From an uncultured Planctomycetota bacterium (lineage in GTDB: Bacteria > Planctomycetota > Planctomycetia > Pirellulales > Lacipirellulaceae), in NCBI GenBank assembly GCA_963719315.1, contig CAVRBU010000005.1, forward strand, positions 96,001 through 160,000: a stretch of 64,000 nucleotides of DNA, written 5' to 3'. The translations under genes and the position numbers were made by a program. The notes under the pieces are model-generated. The model was given only the letters and a program-made list of their open reading frames with translations. It was not told the DNA's origin and ran no database searches. Numbering within the stretch: position 1 is the stretch's first letter; the number at the start of each line of letters is the position of its first letter. Of the stretch, positions 22,680 to 32,206 are shown piece by piece.

Positions 22680-23063
22680 TTAGCGGAGGTCTTTGACGCC
22701 CTTCTTGCCGGCGACGGTTTTCTTGGGGCCCTTGCGGGTGCGAGCGTTGGTGCGCGTGCGCTGGCCGCGAACCGGAAGCCCGCGACGATGGCGCACGCCC
22801 CGGTAGCAAGTAATATCCTTGAGCCGCGTAATATCCTGATTGACTTTCCGGCGGAGCTGGCCTTCGACGGTGTAATCCTTATCCAGCAGCGCGGCGATCC
22901 GCGCCACTTCGTCTTCGCCCAACTCGCGGGCGTGGGCCTGCGGGTTGACGCCCGCTTTGTGGCACAACTCGCGAGCCGTCTTCGTGCCGACGCCGTATAA
23001 GTACGTCAGCGAGATGGCGGTTGGGCGGTCGGGCGGGATATCAACACCTAACAGACGCGGCAT
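22680..23063 (-). CDS. rpsM: 30S ribosomal protein S13
   Basis: LTYLYGVG, RHRRGLPVRGQRTRTNARTRKG. Confidence 0.97.
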   Translation of the reverse strand: MPRLLGVDIPPDRPTAISLTYLYGVGTKTARELCHKAGVNPQAHARELGEDEVARIAALLDKDYTVEGQLRRKVNQDITRLKDITCYRGVRHRRGLPVRGQRTRTNARTRKGPKKTVAGKKGVKDLR

Positions 23064-23162
23064 GGTTTGCTCCGGTTCTTACTGCATTCGATACGTTTTG
23101 GTGCGCACTTCGTCGCACGACGCGGCTAAACGGACGGGGTCCGCAGTATCACACGATGGACG

Positions 23163-23276
23163 TCAACCTTGCCGCTGTTTGTGGCGGGGGTTGCTACACA
23201 CGACATAGACGACGCCACGACGGCGCACGACCTTACACTTATCACAAATTCGCTTGACGCTGGCTTTGACTTTCAT
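23163..23276 (-). CDS. rpmJ: 50S ribosomal protein L36 (Zn-binding form; below ORF-track cutoff)
   Basis: Manual translation [37 protein letters not shown]. Confidence 0.95.
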   Translation of the reverse strand: MKVKASVKRICDKCKVVRRRGVVYVVCSNPRHKQRQG

Positions 23277-23462
23277 CGATCCACCCGAATTTGGGCCCAG
23301 GGGCGGCCCGCAAACGGCCGTGTCCGCAGATGGCGGTAAACGCTTGAATATACGCCCTGCACACCGCCCAGTTCAAGGGCTGAATTTTCAGAGTTTCTAA
23401 ATCGCGGCAGGGACCGTTTGTCGGCCAGTTTTGCAGGGGTTGGGCGCCGACCACCCTGCGCA

Positions 23463-24323
23463 CTAGCTTCCCGACGACACGGGGTTGGCGGCCGAATCCA
23501 TACCGGCAAAATCCCAGGGCAAGTTAGCCAATTCGTCGGACGATGGGGCGTCCGTCAGTAACGTGGGGCCGTCTTTTGTAATCGCAATCGTGTGTTCGAA
23601 ATGGGCGCTCGGCTTGCGGTCGAGCGTCGATTGAGTCCAATGGTCGCGATGCATCTTCACGCGTTTGGTCCCCATGTTGACCATCGGCTCGACGGCAATC
23701 ACCAGGCCGGGCTCCAGCCGGAAGTCGCCGCTGCCGCGCAGCGAGCGGCTCAGGAAGTTCGGCACCTGCGGCTCTTCGTGCATTTGGCGGCCAATACCGT
23801 GGCCGACGAAACATTCGACAGTTGAAAACCCGTGGTCGCGAACGAATTGGGCCATCTCCCGGGCGACTTGGCTCCAGCGGCTCTTGGTGTGAATTAACTC
23901 GTACGCCAGGTCGAGCGTGCCTTTGGTGACATCGAGCAAGCGCTGCACCGCAGGACTGATTCGGCCGGCGGCATAAGTAACGGCGGCGTCGCCGCACCAC
24001 CCGTTGACGCGGCAACCCGTATCGACGCTCACGATATCGCCTTCTGCCAGAGTCCGATGCGTGGGTATGCCATGAACGACCTCATCGTTGATGCTCGTGC
24101 AGGTTGCGGCAGGGAATACTGGCCGACCTTGATTCTGATGCGGGTAGTCCTTGAACAGCGGCTCGGCGCCGCAGTGGCGAAAATGCTCGGTGATGACGGC
24201 GTCGATCTCGGCCGTCGTGACGCCGGGCGCGACGATCTGCGCCACCAGTTGATGAGCTTGCCAGACACAGATGCCTGCTTGGCGCATCAAGGCGATTTCA
24301 CGTTCCGATTTGAGTTGAATCAC
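23463..24323 (-). CDS. map: methionine aminopeptidase type I
   Basis: SINDEVVHGIP, GHGIG, HEEP, EPMVN, SAHFEHT. Confidence 0.95.
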   Translation of the reverse strand: MIQLKSEREIALMRQAGICVWQAHQLVAQIVAPGVTTAEIDAVITEHFRHCGAEPLFKDYPHQNQGRPVFPAATCTSINDEVVHGIPTHRTLAEGDIVSVDTGCRVNGWCGDAAVTYAAGRISPAVQRLLDVTKGTLDLAYELIHTKSRWSQVAREMAQFVRDHGFSTVECFVGHGIGRQMHEEPQVPNFLSRSLRGSGDFRLEPGLVIAVEPMVNMGTKRVKMHRDHWTQSTLDRKPSAHFEHTIAITKDGPTLLTDAPSSDELANLPWDFAGMDSAANPVSSGS

Positions 24324-24391
24324 AGCGAGCGAATGTGGTTAGAGCCGATATGTTCCGTAATTTTATCAGAAGCGGGCCCGGCTGGCGAATC

Positions 24392-24952
24392 TCAACCTGC
24401 GGCCGCATCCACGGCCGCACGTATTTTTGCAAACACCTCGTCGGGCGTCCCTTCGGCGGCGATATGTCGCAACACGCCGCGACGACGGTAATGATCCAGC
24501 AGCGGCTCCGTCAGGAGATTGTATTGCCGAAATCGCTCCCGAATGGTTTCCCGATCGTCGTCCGGCCGGCCGCGAGAGAGCAACCGCTCCACCAGCAGCG
24601 GCTCGGAGACATCCAGTGCCAGCACGAGTTCGAGCGGCATGTGGCGCTCCTCCAGGAGCCGATCGAGAGTTTCGGCCTGGGGCACCGTGCGGGGAAAGCC
24701 ATCGAACAGACAACCGCGCGAGCAATCCTTGTCGCCCAGGCGCTCGACGACAATGCCGACCACCACATTGTCCGGCACCAACTGGCCGGCCTTCATGTAA
24801 CTCGCGAACTCGAGCCCTAGCGGAGTACCGGCTTGAGCGGCGTCGCGCAGCATCTCGCCCGTGGAGAGATGCGCGACATTCAAATAGTCCTTCAGCCGTT
24901 GGGCCTGCGTCCCCTTTCCCGCGCCGGGTGGACCAAGGAAGACGATGCGCAT
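24392..24952 (-). CDS. adk: adenylate kinase (short LID)
   Basis: GPPGAGKGTQA, HLSTGEMLR, DGFPRT, GRPDD. Confidence 0.95.
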   Translation of the reverse strand: MRIVFLGPPGAGKGTQAQRLKDYLNVAHLSTGEMLRDAAQAGTPLGLEFASYMKAGQLVPDNVVVGIVVERLGDKDCSRGCLFDGFPRTVPQAETLDRLLEERHMPLELVLALDVSEPLLVERLLSRGRPDDDRETIRERFRQYNLLTEPLLDHYRRRGVLRHIAAEGTPDEVFAKIRAAVDAAAG

Positions 24953-24965
24953 GGTGTGGGGAAAC

Positions 24966-25025
24966 TGTCGGGTGTCGGATGTCAGGTATCGGATTTCAGC
25001 GTCTGACACCTGAAACCTGACACCT
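24966..25025. repeat. heptamer inverted-repeat hairpin (TGTCRGR / CTGACAC)
   Basis: tgtcggg tgtcgga tgtcagg tatcgga ... ctgacac ctgaaac ctgacac. Confidence 0.8.
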
Positions 25026-25062
25026 CGCTTACTCATGCAGCCAGGATGAACGCATACCGTGG

Positions 25063-26424
25063 CTATTCCTCCAACAGCCCCGAGTAGTTGCGCATCACGA
25101 GGTGACTATCGATTTTCTGGACCAGGTCGAAGGCCACGCTGACTGCAATCAACAGACTCGTGCCGCCGTAGAAGCTGGCGATCACGGGCTCAACGTCCAG
25201 CGAATTGGAAATCAGCGTCGGAATGATTGCGACAATGGCCAGGAAGCCGGCGCCCACGTAGGTTATGCGGACCATCACCTTTTCCAGGTAATCGGCCGTG
25301 CGTTTGCCGGGGCGATAGCCGGGAATGAATGAACCGAAGTTTTTCAGGTTATCCGCCATATCCTTCGGATTGAATGTAATCGCGGTCCAGAAGTAACAGA
25401 AGAAATAGATCAGGACCAGATAAAAAATGTTGTAGATGTAACCGTGATCGCGGCCGAAGACGCCGGCCAGCCAACTTATCGTGCTATGCCACCAGCCTTC
25501 GCTCCTGGAAGCGCGCTCCAGATTCGTGAAGATGATCATTGGGAACATCAACAGGCTGCTGGCGAAGATGATCGGCATGACGCCGGCCTGGTTGACCTTG
25601 AGCGGCATGTAGTTCTTCGTACCGCCGAAAACGCGACGGCCGCGAACGTGCTTGGCACTTTGCATCGTAATGCGGCGCTGCCCAAGCGTGATAAACACCA
25701 CGCCAGTAACGACCGCCACGAACATGGCGGCCAACACAATCAGTCCTTCGATGCCGAGCTTTCCGCGCGTGCCGCTCACCTCGAAGGACGCCTTTTGGAG
25801 CAACTGATATCCGGCATAGGGCATGCGGGCTAGGATCCCGGCCATAATCAACAGGCTGATGCCGTTGCCAATGCCGAACTCATCGATTTGCTCTCCGAGC
25901 CACATCAGGAAAATAGTGCCGGCGGTCATGGTCAGAATAGTCGTGATTTTCCAGCCAAACATGATGCCGCCGGCCGAGTTCTGGAACGGCTCAGCGACGA
26001 GCCCTTGGGCCTCGACATACGACGAAAGGTAGAACCAACTTTGCACAATGCATAAAAAGAAGGTGGCATAGCGCGTGTATTCATTGATCTTCTTGCGACC
26101 TGCCTCACCTTCCTTTTGCAGTTGCTCGAGGGGCGGATAAACGCTGCCCAGAAGTTGGAAAATGATCGAGGCCGAGATATACGGCATGATGCCCAGGCCG
26201 AAGATCGTCACATCGCGCAAGCGGCTAGCACTGAACGTGGCGACGGTCTCCAGCATGTCGGCGATGCCGCCATGCTGCTTGCTCAAGGAACTCACCTTGG
26301 CGTGATCGAGGATGGGCACCTCGATTTGGAAGCCGACGCGGTAGATGGCGAGCATCAAGAGCGTCAGCCCGATCTTGGTGCGGAGTTCTGGAATCTTCCA
26401 GATGACGGAGATTTTTTGCCACAT
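25063..26424 (-). CDS. secY: preprotein translocase SecY
   Basis: LGIMPYISASII, GIGNGISL, NQAGVMPIIFA, FIPGYRPG. Confidence 0.97.
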   Translation of the reverse strand: MWQKISVIWKIPELRTKIGLTLLMLAIYRVGFQIEVPILDHAKVSSLSKQHGGIADMLETVATFSASRLRDVTIFGLGIMPYISASIIFQLLGSVYPPLEQLQKEGEAGRKKINEYTRYATFFLCIVQSWFYLSSYVEAQGLVAEPFQNSAGGIMFGWKITTILTMTAGTIFLMWLGEQIDEFGIGNGISLLIMAGILARMPYAGYQLLQKASFEVSGTRGKLGIEGLIVLAAMFVAVVTGVVFITLGQRRITMQSAKHVRGRRVFGGTKNYMPLKVNQAGVMPIIFASSLLMFPMIIFTNLERASRSEGWWHSTISWLAGVFGRDHGYIYNIFYLVLIYFFCYFWTAITFNPKDMADNLKNFGSFIPGYRPGKRTADYLEKVMVRITYVGAGFLAIVAIIPTLISNSLDVEPVIASFYGGTSLLIAVSVAFDLVQKIDSHLVMRNYSGLLEE

Positions 26425-26475
26425 CGTGTGTACCCGTCCTTGGCGTTAGCATGTCGCCATTATGGGCTGAATTGC

Positions 26476-26505
26476 CGCTTGTGTCTTAGCGCTAAACCGC
26501 AAGCG
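26476..26505. repeat. REP-like palindrome (GCTAANCCGCAAGCG family)
   Basis: cgcttgtgtcttagc-gctaaaccgcaagcg; related copies at 20357-20371 and 22629-22643. Confidence 0.55.
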
Positions 26506-26539
26506 ATAGCCTTGGCTGATCATTGATCTGCAAGTTGGA

Positions 26540-27049
26540 CTACGTTCGCGCCGATTGCTTCTTTTTCCTGTCGACTGCACCTAACTTGACGACCGGTGCC
26601 TTGCCCGGGAGCACGATCGCTTCTCCGCCGGCGGCGGTAATTTTTTCGGTTGCGGTCTTGCTGAATCGGTGTGCGGAAATCTTGAGTTTCTTGGTGACTT
26701 CGCCGTTGCCGAGGATTTTCAGTTCGTCGCATACGCCTTTCGCCAAGTTGAGCGCGGCGAGCGACTCGGGCGTAACGTGGTCGCCCGACTTGTACAAATT
26801 GTTCAGATCGCCAAGATTGACGACCGCCACCGTTTTGGCCCAACGGTTGTTGAAGCCGCGTTTCGGAATGCGGCGCACCAGCGGGCTGGCGCCGCCTTGA
26901 AACACGGCCAGGAACGACACACCGTTGTGGGACCACTGGCCCTTGTGCCCGCGGCTGGCCGTTTTGCCGTGGCCGGAACCGATGCCGCGGCCGAGTCGCT
27001 TGCGCGGCTTGGCGGTGTGTACATCGCGATGAATGTCGTTGAGGTTCAT
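26540..27049 (-). CDS. rplO: 50S ribosomal protein L15
   Basis: [35 protein letters not shown]. Confidence 0.97.
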   Translation of the reverse strand: MNLNDIHRDVHTAKPRKRLGRGIGSGHGKTASRGHKGQWSHNGVSFLAVFQGGASPLVRRIPKRGFNNRWAKTVAVVNLGDLNNLYKSGDHVTPESLAALNLAKGVCDELKILGNGEVTKKLKISAHRFSKTATEKITAAGGEAIVLPGKAPVVKLGAVDRKKKQSART

Positions 27050-27612
27050 GATGTTAACGGGACCCCTCGTAAGCGTTCGACGTCGGTTTTGGGCCGCAAC
27101 TGCTTGAGGGCGGCAAACGTGGCCTTCACGAGCGAAACTGGGTTATTCGAGCCGAAGCTCTTGGTGAGGATGTCGTGGATGCCGGCCGCTTCGCATACCG
27201 CTCGCACGGCCGAACCAGCGATAACGCCCGCACCGGGCGACGCGGGAAGCAAGATCACGTGGGCGGCGCCGTAGCGGCCTTCGACGACGTGCGAAATCGA
27301 TTTGCGATCGAGCGTGACGGTCACCAGGCTGCGCATGCCTTCCTTGCGGGCCTTCTCGACGCTGGGCGGCACTTCGTTCGCTTTGCCGTAGCCCCAGCCG
27401 ACTTTACCCTTGCCGTCGCCGACGACGACCATCGCCGCAAAGCTGAAGCGTCGGCCACCCTTCACGACGGCGGCGCAACGCTTGATCTTGACGATGCTCT
27501 CCGAGAGTTCGCCTTCGACACGTTCACTGCGATCGCTGCGATCGCCACGGTCGCTGCGGCCGCGCGAGCCGCGTTGGCCACGTTCGGTTCGTTCGCTGGT
27601 ACCAGCCGACAT
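27046..27612 (-). CDS. rpsE: 30S ribosomal protein S5
   Basis: [26 protein letters not shown]. Confidence 0.97.
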   Translation of the reverse strand: MSAGTSERTERGQRGSRGRSDRGDRSDRSERVEGELSESIVKIKRCAAVVKGGRRFSFAAMVVVGDGKGKVGWGYGKANEVPPSVEKARKEGMRSLVTVTLDRKSISHVVEGRYGAAHVILLPASPGAGVIAGSAVRAVCEAAGIHDILTKSFGSNNPVSLVKATFAALKQLRPKTDVERLRGVPLTS

Positions 27613-27624
27613 AAAGTAGCCTCT

Positions 27625-27993
27625 CTAAAAACTCAATCCGCCTTCGCGCGCCGCGTTGGCCAATGCGGCCACGCGACCGTGATAGCGGTACGGCCCCCGG
27701 TCGAAACAGACGGCCTTGATGCCGGCCGCAATGGCCCGCTCGGCAATTGCCTTGCCGACGGCCTGCGCGGCATCGGCGTTGCCACCCGACTTCAATTTAC
27801 CGGACAACTGCTTATCCTGCGACGACGCGGCGGCCAATGTTTTACCGCTCAAGTCGTCGATGACTTGGACCGAAATGTGCTTGTGACTGCGGATTACGCT
27901 CAACCGCGGCCGCTCGACCGTGCCGCGCACATGCTTGCGAACGCGAAAGGCTCGCCGCTGACGAAGTTGCCGTAATTGCTTGGAGTGTTCCAT
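27625..27993 (-). CDS. rplR: 50S ribosomal protein L18
   Basis: [27 protein letters not shown]. Confidence 0.97.
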   Translation of the reverse strand: MEHSKQLRQLRQRRAFRVRKHVRGTVERPRLSVIRSHKHISVQVIDDLSGKTLAAASSQDKQLSGKLKSGGNADAAQAVGKAIAERAIAAGIKAVCFDRGPYRYHGRVAALANAAREGGLSF

Positions 27994-28003
27994 GATAGTG
28001 GGG

Positions 28004-28079
28004 GGGTCGAGGGTCGAGGGTCGAGGGTCGAGGGTCAGCAATGATCTGGCCCTCGACCCTAAACCCTCCACCCTAGACC
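28004..28079. repeat. heptamer inverted-repeat hairpin (GGGTCGA / CCCTCGA)
   Basis: (gggtcga)x4 gggtcag ... ccctcga ccctaaa ccctcca ccctaga. Confidence 0.85.
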
Positions 28080-28080
28080 A

Positions 28081-28624
28081 CTAAGTTGCTGTCTTGCCGG
28101 CCTTGCGGCGGACTTGCTCTCCGTCGTACCGAATGCCTTTGCCTTTGTACGGTTCAGGCTTGCGCACGGCCCGCACTTCGGCGGCAAACTGGCCGACCTT
28201 TTGCTTGTCGGTGCCCTTGATCAGGATATGGGTTTGATCGGGGCAGGTTACGGTCAGACCCTTGGGGATCTTCTTGTGAACTTCGTTCGCGAATCCGACG
28301 CGCAGTTGCAGCGTGTCGCCCGCGACGGCGCCGAGGTAGCCCACGCCTTGGATTTCAAGCTTCTTTTCGTAGCCTTCAGTGACCCCGACCAGCATGTTGT
28401 TGATCAGAGCACGGGTCAGGCCGTGGTAGGCGCGGATTTCGCGGTCTTCCGACTGCGCGGGTGCAGACGACGCTCTTGCCGTCGCCTTCGATCTGCACGC
28501 CGATTTCGGGCCGATGGGTGTACTCGAGCTTGCCGAGCTTCCCTTCGACGGTGATCGCGCGGCCGGCGACGTTCACTTTGGCACCACTGGGCACGGTAAT
28601 CGGTTTTTTGCCTATGCGGGACAT
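28081..28624 (-). CDS. rplF: 50S ribosomal protein L6 (1-nt frameshift near 28457)
   Basis: MSRIGKKPI...VVCTR joins QSEDREIRAYHGLTRALINNM...PEPYKGKGIRY. Confidence 0.95.
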
Positions 28625-28627
28625 GTT

Positions 28628-28705
28628 TTAGCCTTCAGCCATCAGCTTTCAGCCAACCATCATCCGTCCTTCTTGCTTACGGCTGATGGCTGACGGCTAA
28701 TAGCC
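28628..28705. repeat. heptamer inverted-repeat hairpin (TCAGCCW / CTGAYGG)
   Basis: ttagcct tcagcca tcagctt tcagcca ... ctgatgg ctgacgg ctaatag. Confidence 0.85.
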
Positions 28706-28711
28706 ATTACT

Positions 28712-29113
28712 TTACCAAACTTCACAAAGCACTTCGCCACCGAGGTTTCGTTGCCGGGCTTCGCGGTCGCTGATCACGCCGCGGCTGGTGCTGATGATCG
28801 ATATTCCCAAACCGTTGAGCACCGGGCGTAAGCGATCGGCCGGGCTGTACACGCGACGGCCCGGTTTGCTGACGCGACGGATGTGACGAATCACGCGCTC
28901 GCCGTTCGGGCCGTACTTGAGATCGATCGCCAATTGCTTTCTCGGGGCGCCTTCTTCTTGCCCTTCGCTCCAATCCCAAATATAGCCTTCCCGCTTGAGC
29001 ACCTCAGCGAGCCCGCGCTTCACTTTGGAAAGCGGCATCTCGACACGGGGGCACTCAATTCGCACGGCGTTGCGAATGCAAGTGAGCATATCGGCGATCG
29101 GGTCGGTCATCAT
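28712..29113 (-). CDS. rpsH: 30S ribosomal protein S8
   Basis: DPIADML, RVSKPGRRVY, ISTSRGV, GGEVLC. Confidence 0.97.
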   Translation of the reverse strand: MMTDPIADMLTCIRNAVRIECPRVEMPLSKVKRGLAEVLKREGYIWDWSEGQEEGAPRKQLAIDLKYGPNGERVIRHIRRVSKPGRRVYSPADRLRPVLNGLGISIISTSRGVISDREARQRNLGGEVLCEVW

Positions 29114-29117
29114 AAGT

Positions 29118-29203
29118 GGGTGAGGGTCTAGGGTTCAGGGTTGAGGGTTCTACATTCGACGGTCGAAGGTCGCACTCAACCCTCAACCATCGACACTAAA
29201 CCT
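29118..29203. repeat. heptamer inverted-repeat hairpin (GGGTTGA / CTCAACC)
   Basis: gggtcta gggttca gggttga gggttc ... ctcaacc ctcaacc atcgaca ctaaacc. Confidence 0.8.
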
Positions 29204-29208
29204 TCTAA

Positions 29209-29394
29209 TTACCAACTCGCGTTTCGTACTCCGGGAATCAAGCCTTGATCCGCCAACTTGCGGAAGCAGATTCGACAGATGCCGAATTTTTGATACACGG
29301 CCCGCGGCCGGCCGCACAAGCGGCAACGGTTTTCGCGGCGCGTACTAAATTTCGGCTCACTTTTCGCTTTGGCGATTTTTGATTTGCTGGCCAC
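29209..29394 (-). CDS. rpsN: 30S ribosomal protein S14 (short Zn-binding type Z)
   Basis: 61 aa; RCRLCGRPR...ICRICFR. Confidence 0.95.
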   Translation of the reverse strand: MASKSKIAKAKSEPKFSTRRENRCRLCGRPRAVYQKFGICRICFRKLADQGLIPGVRNASW

Positions 29395-29414
29395 CGAAGT
29401 TCGTGTCCTTTTAA

Positions 29415-29506
29415 AGCGGTTAGCTATTAGCGGTTAGCTATTAGCCAGTCGGGTTATTCGTTTTCTCTCTGGCTGATAGCAGCTAAAGTGCTAACAGCTA
29501 ATAGCC
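29415..29506. repeat. heptamer inverted-repeat hairpin (TTAGCTA / CTAAYAG)
   Basis: ttagcta ttagcgg ttagcta ttagcca ... ctgatag ... ctaacag ctaatag. Confidence 0.85.
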
Positions 29507-29509
29507 ACC

Positions 29510-30115
29510 TTATGCTTCCGCGTCTTCTCGGCGGAACGGCATGCCGAAGGCTTGCAACAGTTCGCGCATTTCGTCGTCGTTGCTCGACTGCGAGCAAATC
29601 GTAATGTTCATGCCCTGTACGCGAGTGTATTTGTCCGGGTTGAGCTCGGGGAACACGAGCTGTTCGTTGAGGCCCAGGCTATAGTTGCCGTTGCCGTCGA
29701 GCGCTTTGGGATTCAATCCGCGGAAATCGCGCACCCGCGGGAGGGCGAGCGAAATCAAGCGATCCAGAAACTCGTACATCCGAGCCCGGCGAAGCGTGAC
29801 TTTGCAGCCGACATCCAACCCCTCGCGCAAGCGGAACGCGGCAATACTTTTGCGAGACTTGCAGCGGACTGCCTTCTGCCCGGTGATTTCCGAAAGGGCT
29901 GACGTAGCTTCTTCGACGTGCTTTTTATCCGTGACGGCACTCCCAACACCCATGCTGACGACGATCTTCTCTAGCCGCGGCAACGAGAGTCGGTTCTCGC
30001 GCTTGAGCTTTTCCTTCAATTGCGGAACGATCTGTTCTTCATAGACCGTTTGCAATCGCGGCGTCGGCGGCGGGGTCGAGTCCTTCTCGGCGGGCTTATC
30101 TTTTTTCTTGGCCAT
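29510..30115 (-). CDS. rplE: 50S ribosomal protein L5
   Basis: EKIVVSMGVG, ITGQK, LPRVRDFRG, EQLVFPE. Confidence 0.97.
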   Translation of the reverse strand: MAKKKDKPAEKDSTPPPTPRLQTVYEEQIVPQLKEKLKRENRLSLPRLEKIVVSMGVGSAVTDKKHVEEATSALSEITGQKAVRCKSRKSIAAFRLREGLDVGCKVTLRRARMYEFLDRLISLALPRVRDFRGLNPKALDGNGNYSLGLNEQLVFPELNPDKYTRVQGMNITICSQSSNDDEMRELLQAFGMPFRREDAEA

Positions 30116-30180
30116 GGTTCACCCAGATGGGCACAGCCCACCACTTTTTCGATGGGCGAGGCCCACCTTGCTTGATCAAT

Positions 30181-30570
30181 CTATCTCTTTGCCGCTTGGA
30201 CCGGTTTACTTGTTTTGCCCGACGCGGCCGCTGAATGCGCCTTTTTGGCGGGCGCGATCTGGCCGGCACTCGCGCCGCACTTCTTGCAAAATCGTTCCTT
30301 GCTGCCGTCATCGAGGAACCGCGCCCCGAGCCGGGCCGCCGCGTTGCACGATGGGCAGACGTATTTCAAGTTCGACAGCTGGATCGGCATGTCCTTTTTC
30401 AAGATGCCGCCTTGAGGATACTTTTGGCTCCGGCGAATGTGCTTCTTGACGCCGTTGACGCCTTCGACAATCGCCTTGCCGGTCGCGCGATCGACTTTGA
30501 TCACACGGCTCTTGCGACCGATGTCGTTGCCCGCGATTACTTCGACGGTATCACCAGTACGGATCAACAT
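30181..30570 (-). CDS. rplX: 50S ribosomal protein L24
   Basis: GDTVEVIAG KOW motif, VEGVN, GGIL...PIQLSN. Confidence 0.95.
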   Translation of the reverse strand: MLIRTGDTVEVIAGNDIGRKSRVIKVDRATGKAIVEGVNGVKKHIRRSQKYPQGGILKKDMPIQLSNLKYVCPSCNAAARLGARFLDDGSKERFCKKCGASAGQIAPAKKAHSAAASGKTSKPVQAAKR

Positions 30571-30653
30571 AGCTGTTAGCTGTTAGCTGTTAGCTATTAG
30601 CCAATCCGCTGCAAGCCTTCTGGCTAACAGCTAACAGCTAATAGCTAACAGCT
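30571..30653. repeat. heptamer inverted-repeat hairpin (TTAGCTG / CTAACAG)
   Basis: agctg (ttagctg)x2 ttagcta ttagcca ... tgg (ctaacag)x2 ctaatag ctaacag ct. Confidence 0.9.
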
Positions 30654-30654
30654 C

Positions 30655-31023
30655 TTAAACTACCTCGCTCGCTAAACTGACAATTTTCATGAACTTGCGC
30701 TCGCGCAACTCGCGGGCGACGGCGCCGAAAATGCGCGTGCCGCGGGGGTTCCGCTCGTTGTCGATCAACACCACGGCATTTGAATCGAACCGCACGTAGC
30801 TCCCGTCCGGCCGGCGCGTCGGGTACTTGACCCGCACAATAACGGCCCTCACAACTGCTTTCTTTTTGACTTCACTCGTGGGCAGCGTGTTCTTGACGCT
30901 GCAAATAATCACGTCCCCCAAGCCCGCCACGCGACGACGACTACCGCCCAATACCTTGATGCACATCACTTCCTTGGCGCCGGTGTTGTCGGCGACGTTC
31001 AATCTGGACTGCATTTGAATCAT
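30655..31023 (-). CDS. rplN: 50S ribosomal protein L14
   Basis: [28 protein letters not shown]. Confidence 0.98.
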   Translation of the reverse strand: MIQMQSRLNVADNTGAKEVMCIKVLGGSRRRVAGLGDVIICSVKNTLPTSEVKKKAVVRAVIVRVKYPTRRPDGSYVRFDSNAVVLIDNERNPRGTRIFGAVARELRERKFMKIVSLASEVV

Positions 31024-31029
31024 GTTGAA

Positions 31030-31106
31030 GCCTTTAGCCTTCAGCCTTCAGCCTTCCAGTCAGTCAGTTTTTCCTACTGATGGCTGAAAGCTGACGGCTG
31101 ACGGCC
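31030..31106. repeat. heptamer inverted-repeat hairpin (TCAGCCT / CTGACGG)
   Basis: ttagcct tcagcct tcagcct ... ctgatgg ctgaaag ctgacgg ctgacgg. Confidence 0.85.
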
Positions 31107-31111
31107 GTTCA

Positions 31112-31423
31112 TCACATCGTCTCGCCGGTTTCTGTCTGTTTCAATTCCGCGGCGGCGCGCATCGCGGCGATATCGACTTGCTGCGAACGCGAAACGATCC
31201 GCAGCAGGTCCCACCGCTTGAGTTTCGAGCGGGGCGGTGCTTCGATGATTTCCACCGTGTCGCCTTCGTGCGATTCATTGTCCTCATCGTGCACGTGGCA
31301 TACCGTGCGGCGGCGCATGAACTTACCGTAGCGCTTGTGCTGGACCAGCCGCTCGATTTCCACACGCCGCGACTTGTTCATTTTGTCGCTCGTAACCAGG
31401 CCGATGACTTGTCTTTTGGGCAT
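31112..31423 (-). CDS. rpsQ: 30S ribosomal protein S17
   Basis: GLVTSDKMNKS, HKRYGK, HDEDN, SKLKRW. Confidence 0.97.
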   Translation of the reverse strand: MPKRQVIGLVTSDKMNKSRRVEIERLVQHKRYGKFMRRRTVCHVHDEDNESHEGDTVEIIEAPPRSKLKRWDLLRIVSRSQQVDIAAMRAAAELKQTETGETM

Positions 31424-31430
31424 TTTTTAT

Positions 31431-31501
31431 AGCTCTTAGCGGTTAGCTATTAGCGGTTAGCCAAACAATTGTAAGCTTCCTCTGGCTAACAGCTAATGGC
31501 T
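31431..31501. repeat. heptamer inverted-repeat hairpin (TTAGCGG/TTAGCTA family)
   Basis: ttagcgg ttagcta ttagcgg ttagcca ... tgg ctaacag ctaatgg ct. Confidence 0.85.
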
Positions 31502-31506
31502 TCTTC

Positions 31507-31713
31507 CTATTTCACAAAGGCTTTCTTCTCGCGCTGCGTTTGGAGTGTCTTGATTCGGGAGACCAGGCGACGGTTGCTGCGGAGCTCGCTGGGCGCGTCG
31601 AGCCGCTCGGTCTGCTGTTTGATTCGCAGACGGAACAGCGCCTCGTTGGCCTCCTTAAGCGTTAGCCCAAGTTGCTCGTCGCTCATATCGCGGAGTTCGG
31701 TAATCTTGGCCAT
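31507..31713 (-). CDS. rpmC: 50S ribosomal protein L29
   Basis: ELRDMS, LFRLR, RRLVSRIKT; position in operon. Confidence 0.95.
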   Translation of the reverse strand: MAKITELRDMSDEQLGLTLKEANEALFRLRIKQQTERLDAPSELRSNRRLVSRIKTLQTQREKKAFVK

Positions 31714-31723
31714 TTGGCAGTAG

Positions 31724-31792
31724 CAAGTAGTAAGGTTTAAGGCATAAGCATTTTCAACTTACGACTTATACCTTGCACCTTAGACCTTTCAC
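31724..31792. repeat. degenerate heptamer inverted-repeat hairpin (TAAGGYN / CTTAYAC)
   Basis: caagtag taaggtt taaggca taagcat ... cttacga cttatac cttgcac cttagac ctttcac. Confidence 0.7.
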
Positions 31793-32206
31793 TTAAGCTT
31801 GTCTCTTCACCATTCGTACGCGAATCGGCATTTTGTGGGCGAGGCGAGCCAGGCAAATCTTTGCCGAGGCCTCAGCCACGCCGCCCAATTCGTACAAAAT
31901 CGTGCCCGGCCGGATCACGGCCGCCCAGTACTCAGGTTCGCCCTTGCCCTTGCCCATGCGGGTTTCGAGCGGGATCGAAGTGATCGACTTGTGGGGGAAC
32001 ACGCGAACGTACAGCCGCCCTTCGCCGCGGATGTATTGCGTGGCAGCAACACGTCCGGCTTCGATCGTCTGGGCGCTCACCCAGCCGCCTTCGACTGCCT
32101 GCAATCCGAACTCGCCAAAGACAACGCGCTGTCCGCGCGTGGCGTTACCTTTTATACGCCCTCTTTGGCTTTTTCGGTGCTTGACCCTCTTGGGCATCAG
32201 CGCCAT
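31793..32206 (-). CDS. rplP: 50S ribosomal protein L16
   Basis: MALMPKRVKHRKSQRG, IEAGR, ETRMGKGKG. Confidence 0.97.
   Translation of the reverse strand: MALMPKRVKHRKSQRGRIKGNATRGQRVVFGEFGLQAVEGGWVSAQTIEAGRVAATQYIRGEGRLYVRVFPHKSITSIPLETRMGKGKGEPEYWAAVIRPGTILYELGGVAEASAKICLARLAHKMPIRVRMVKRQA

Noticed and set aside
27994..28071. N-terminal extensions of L18 ([10 protein letters not shown]) and Adk in the ORF track
   Set aside because: These are translated heptamer repeats; canonical starts lie downstream
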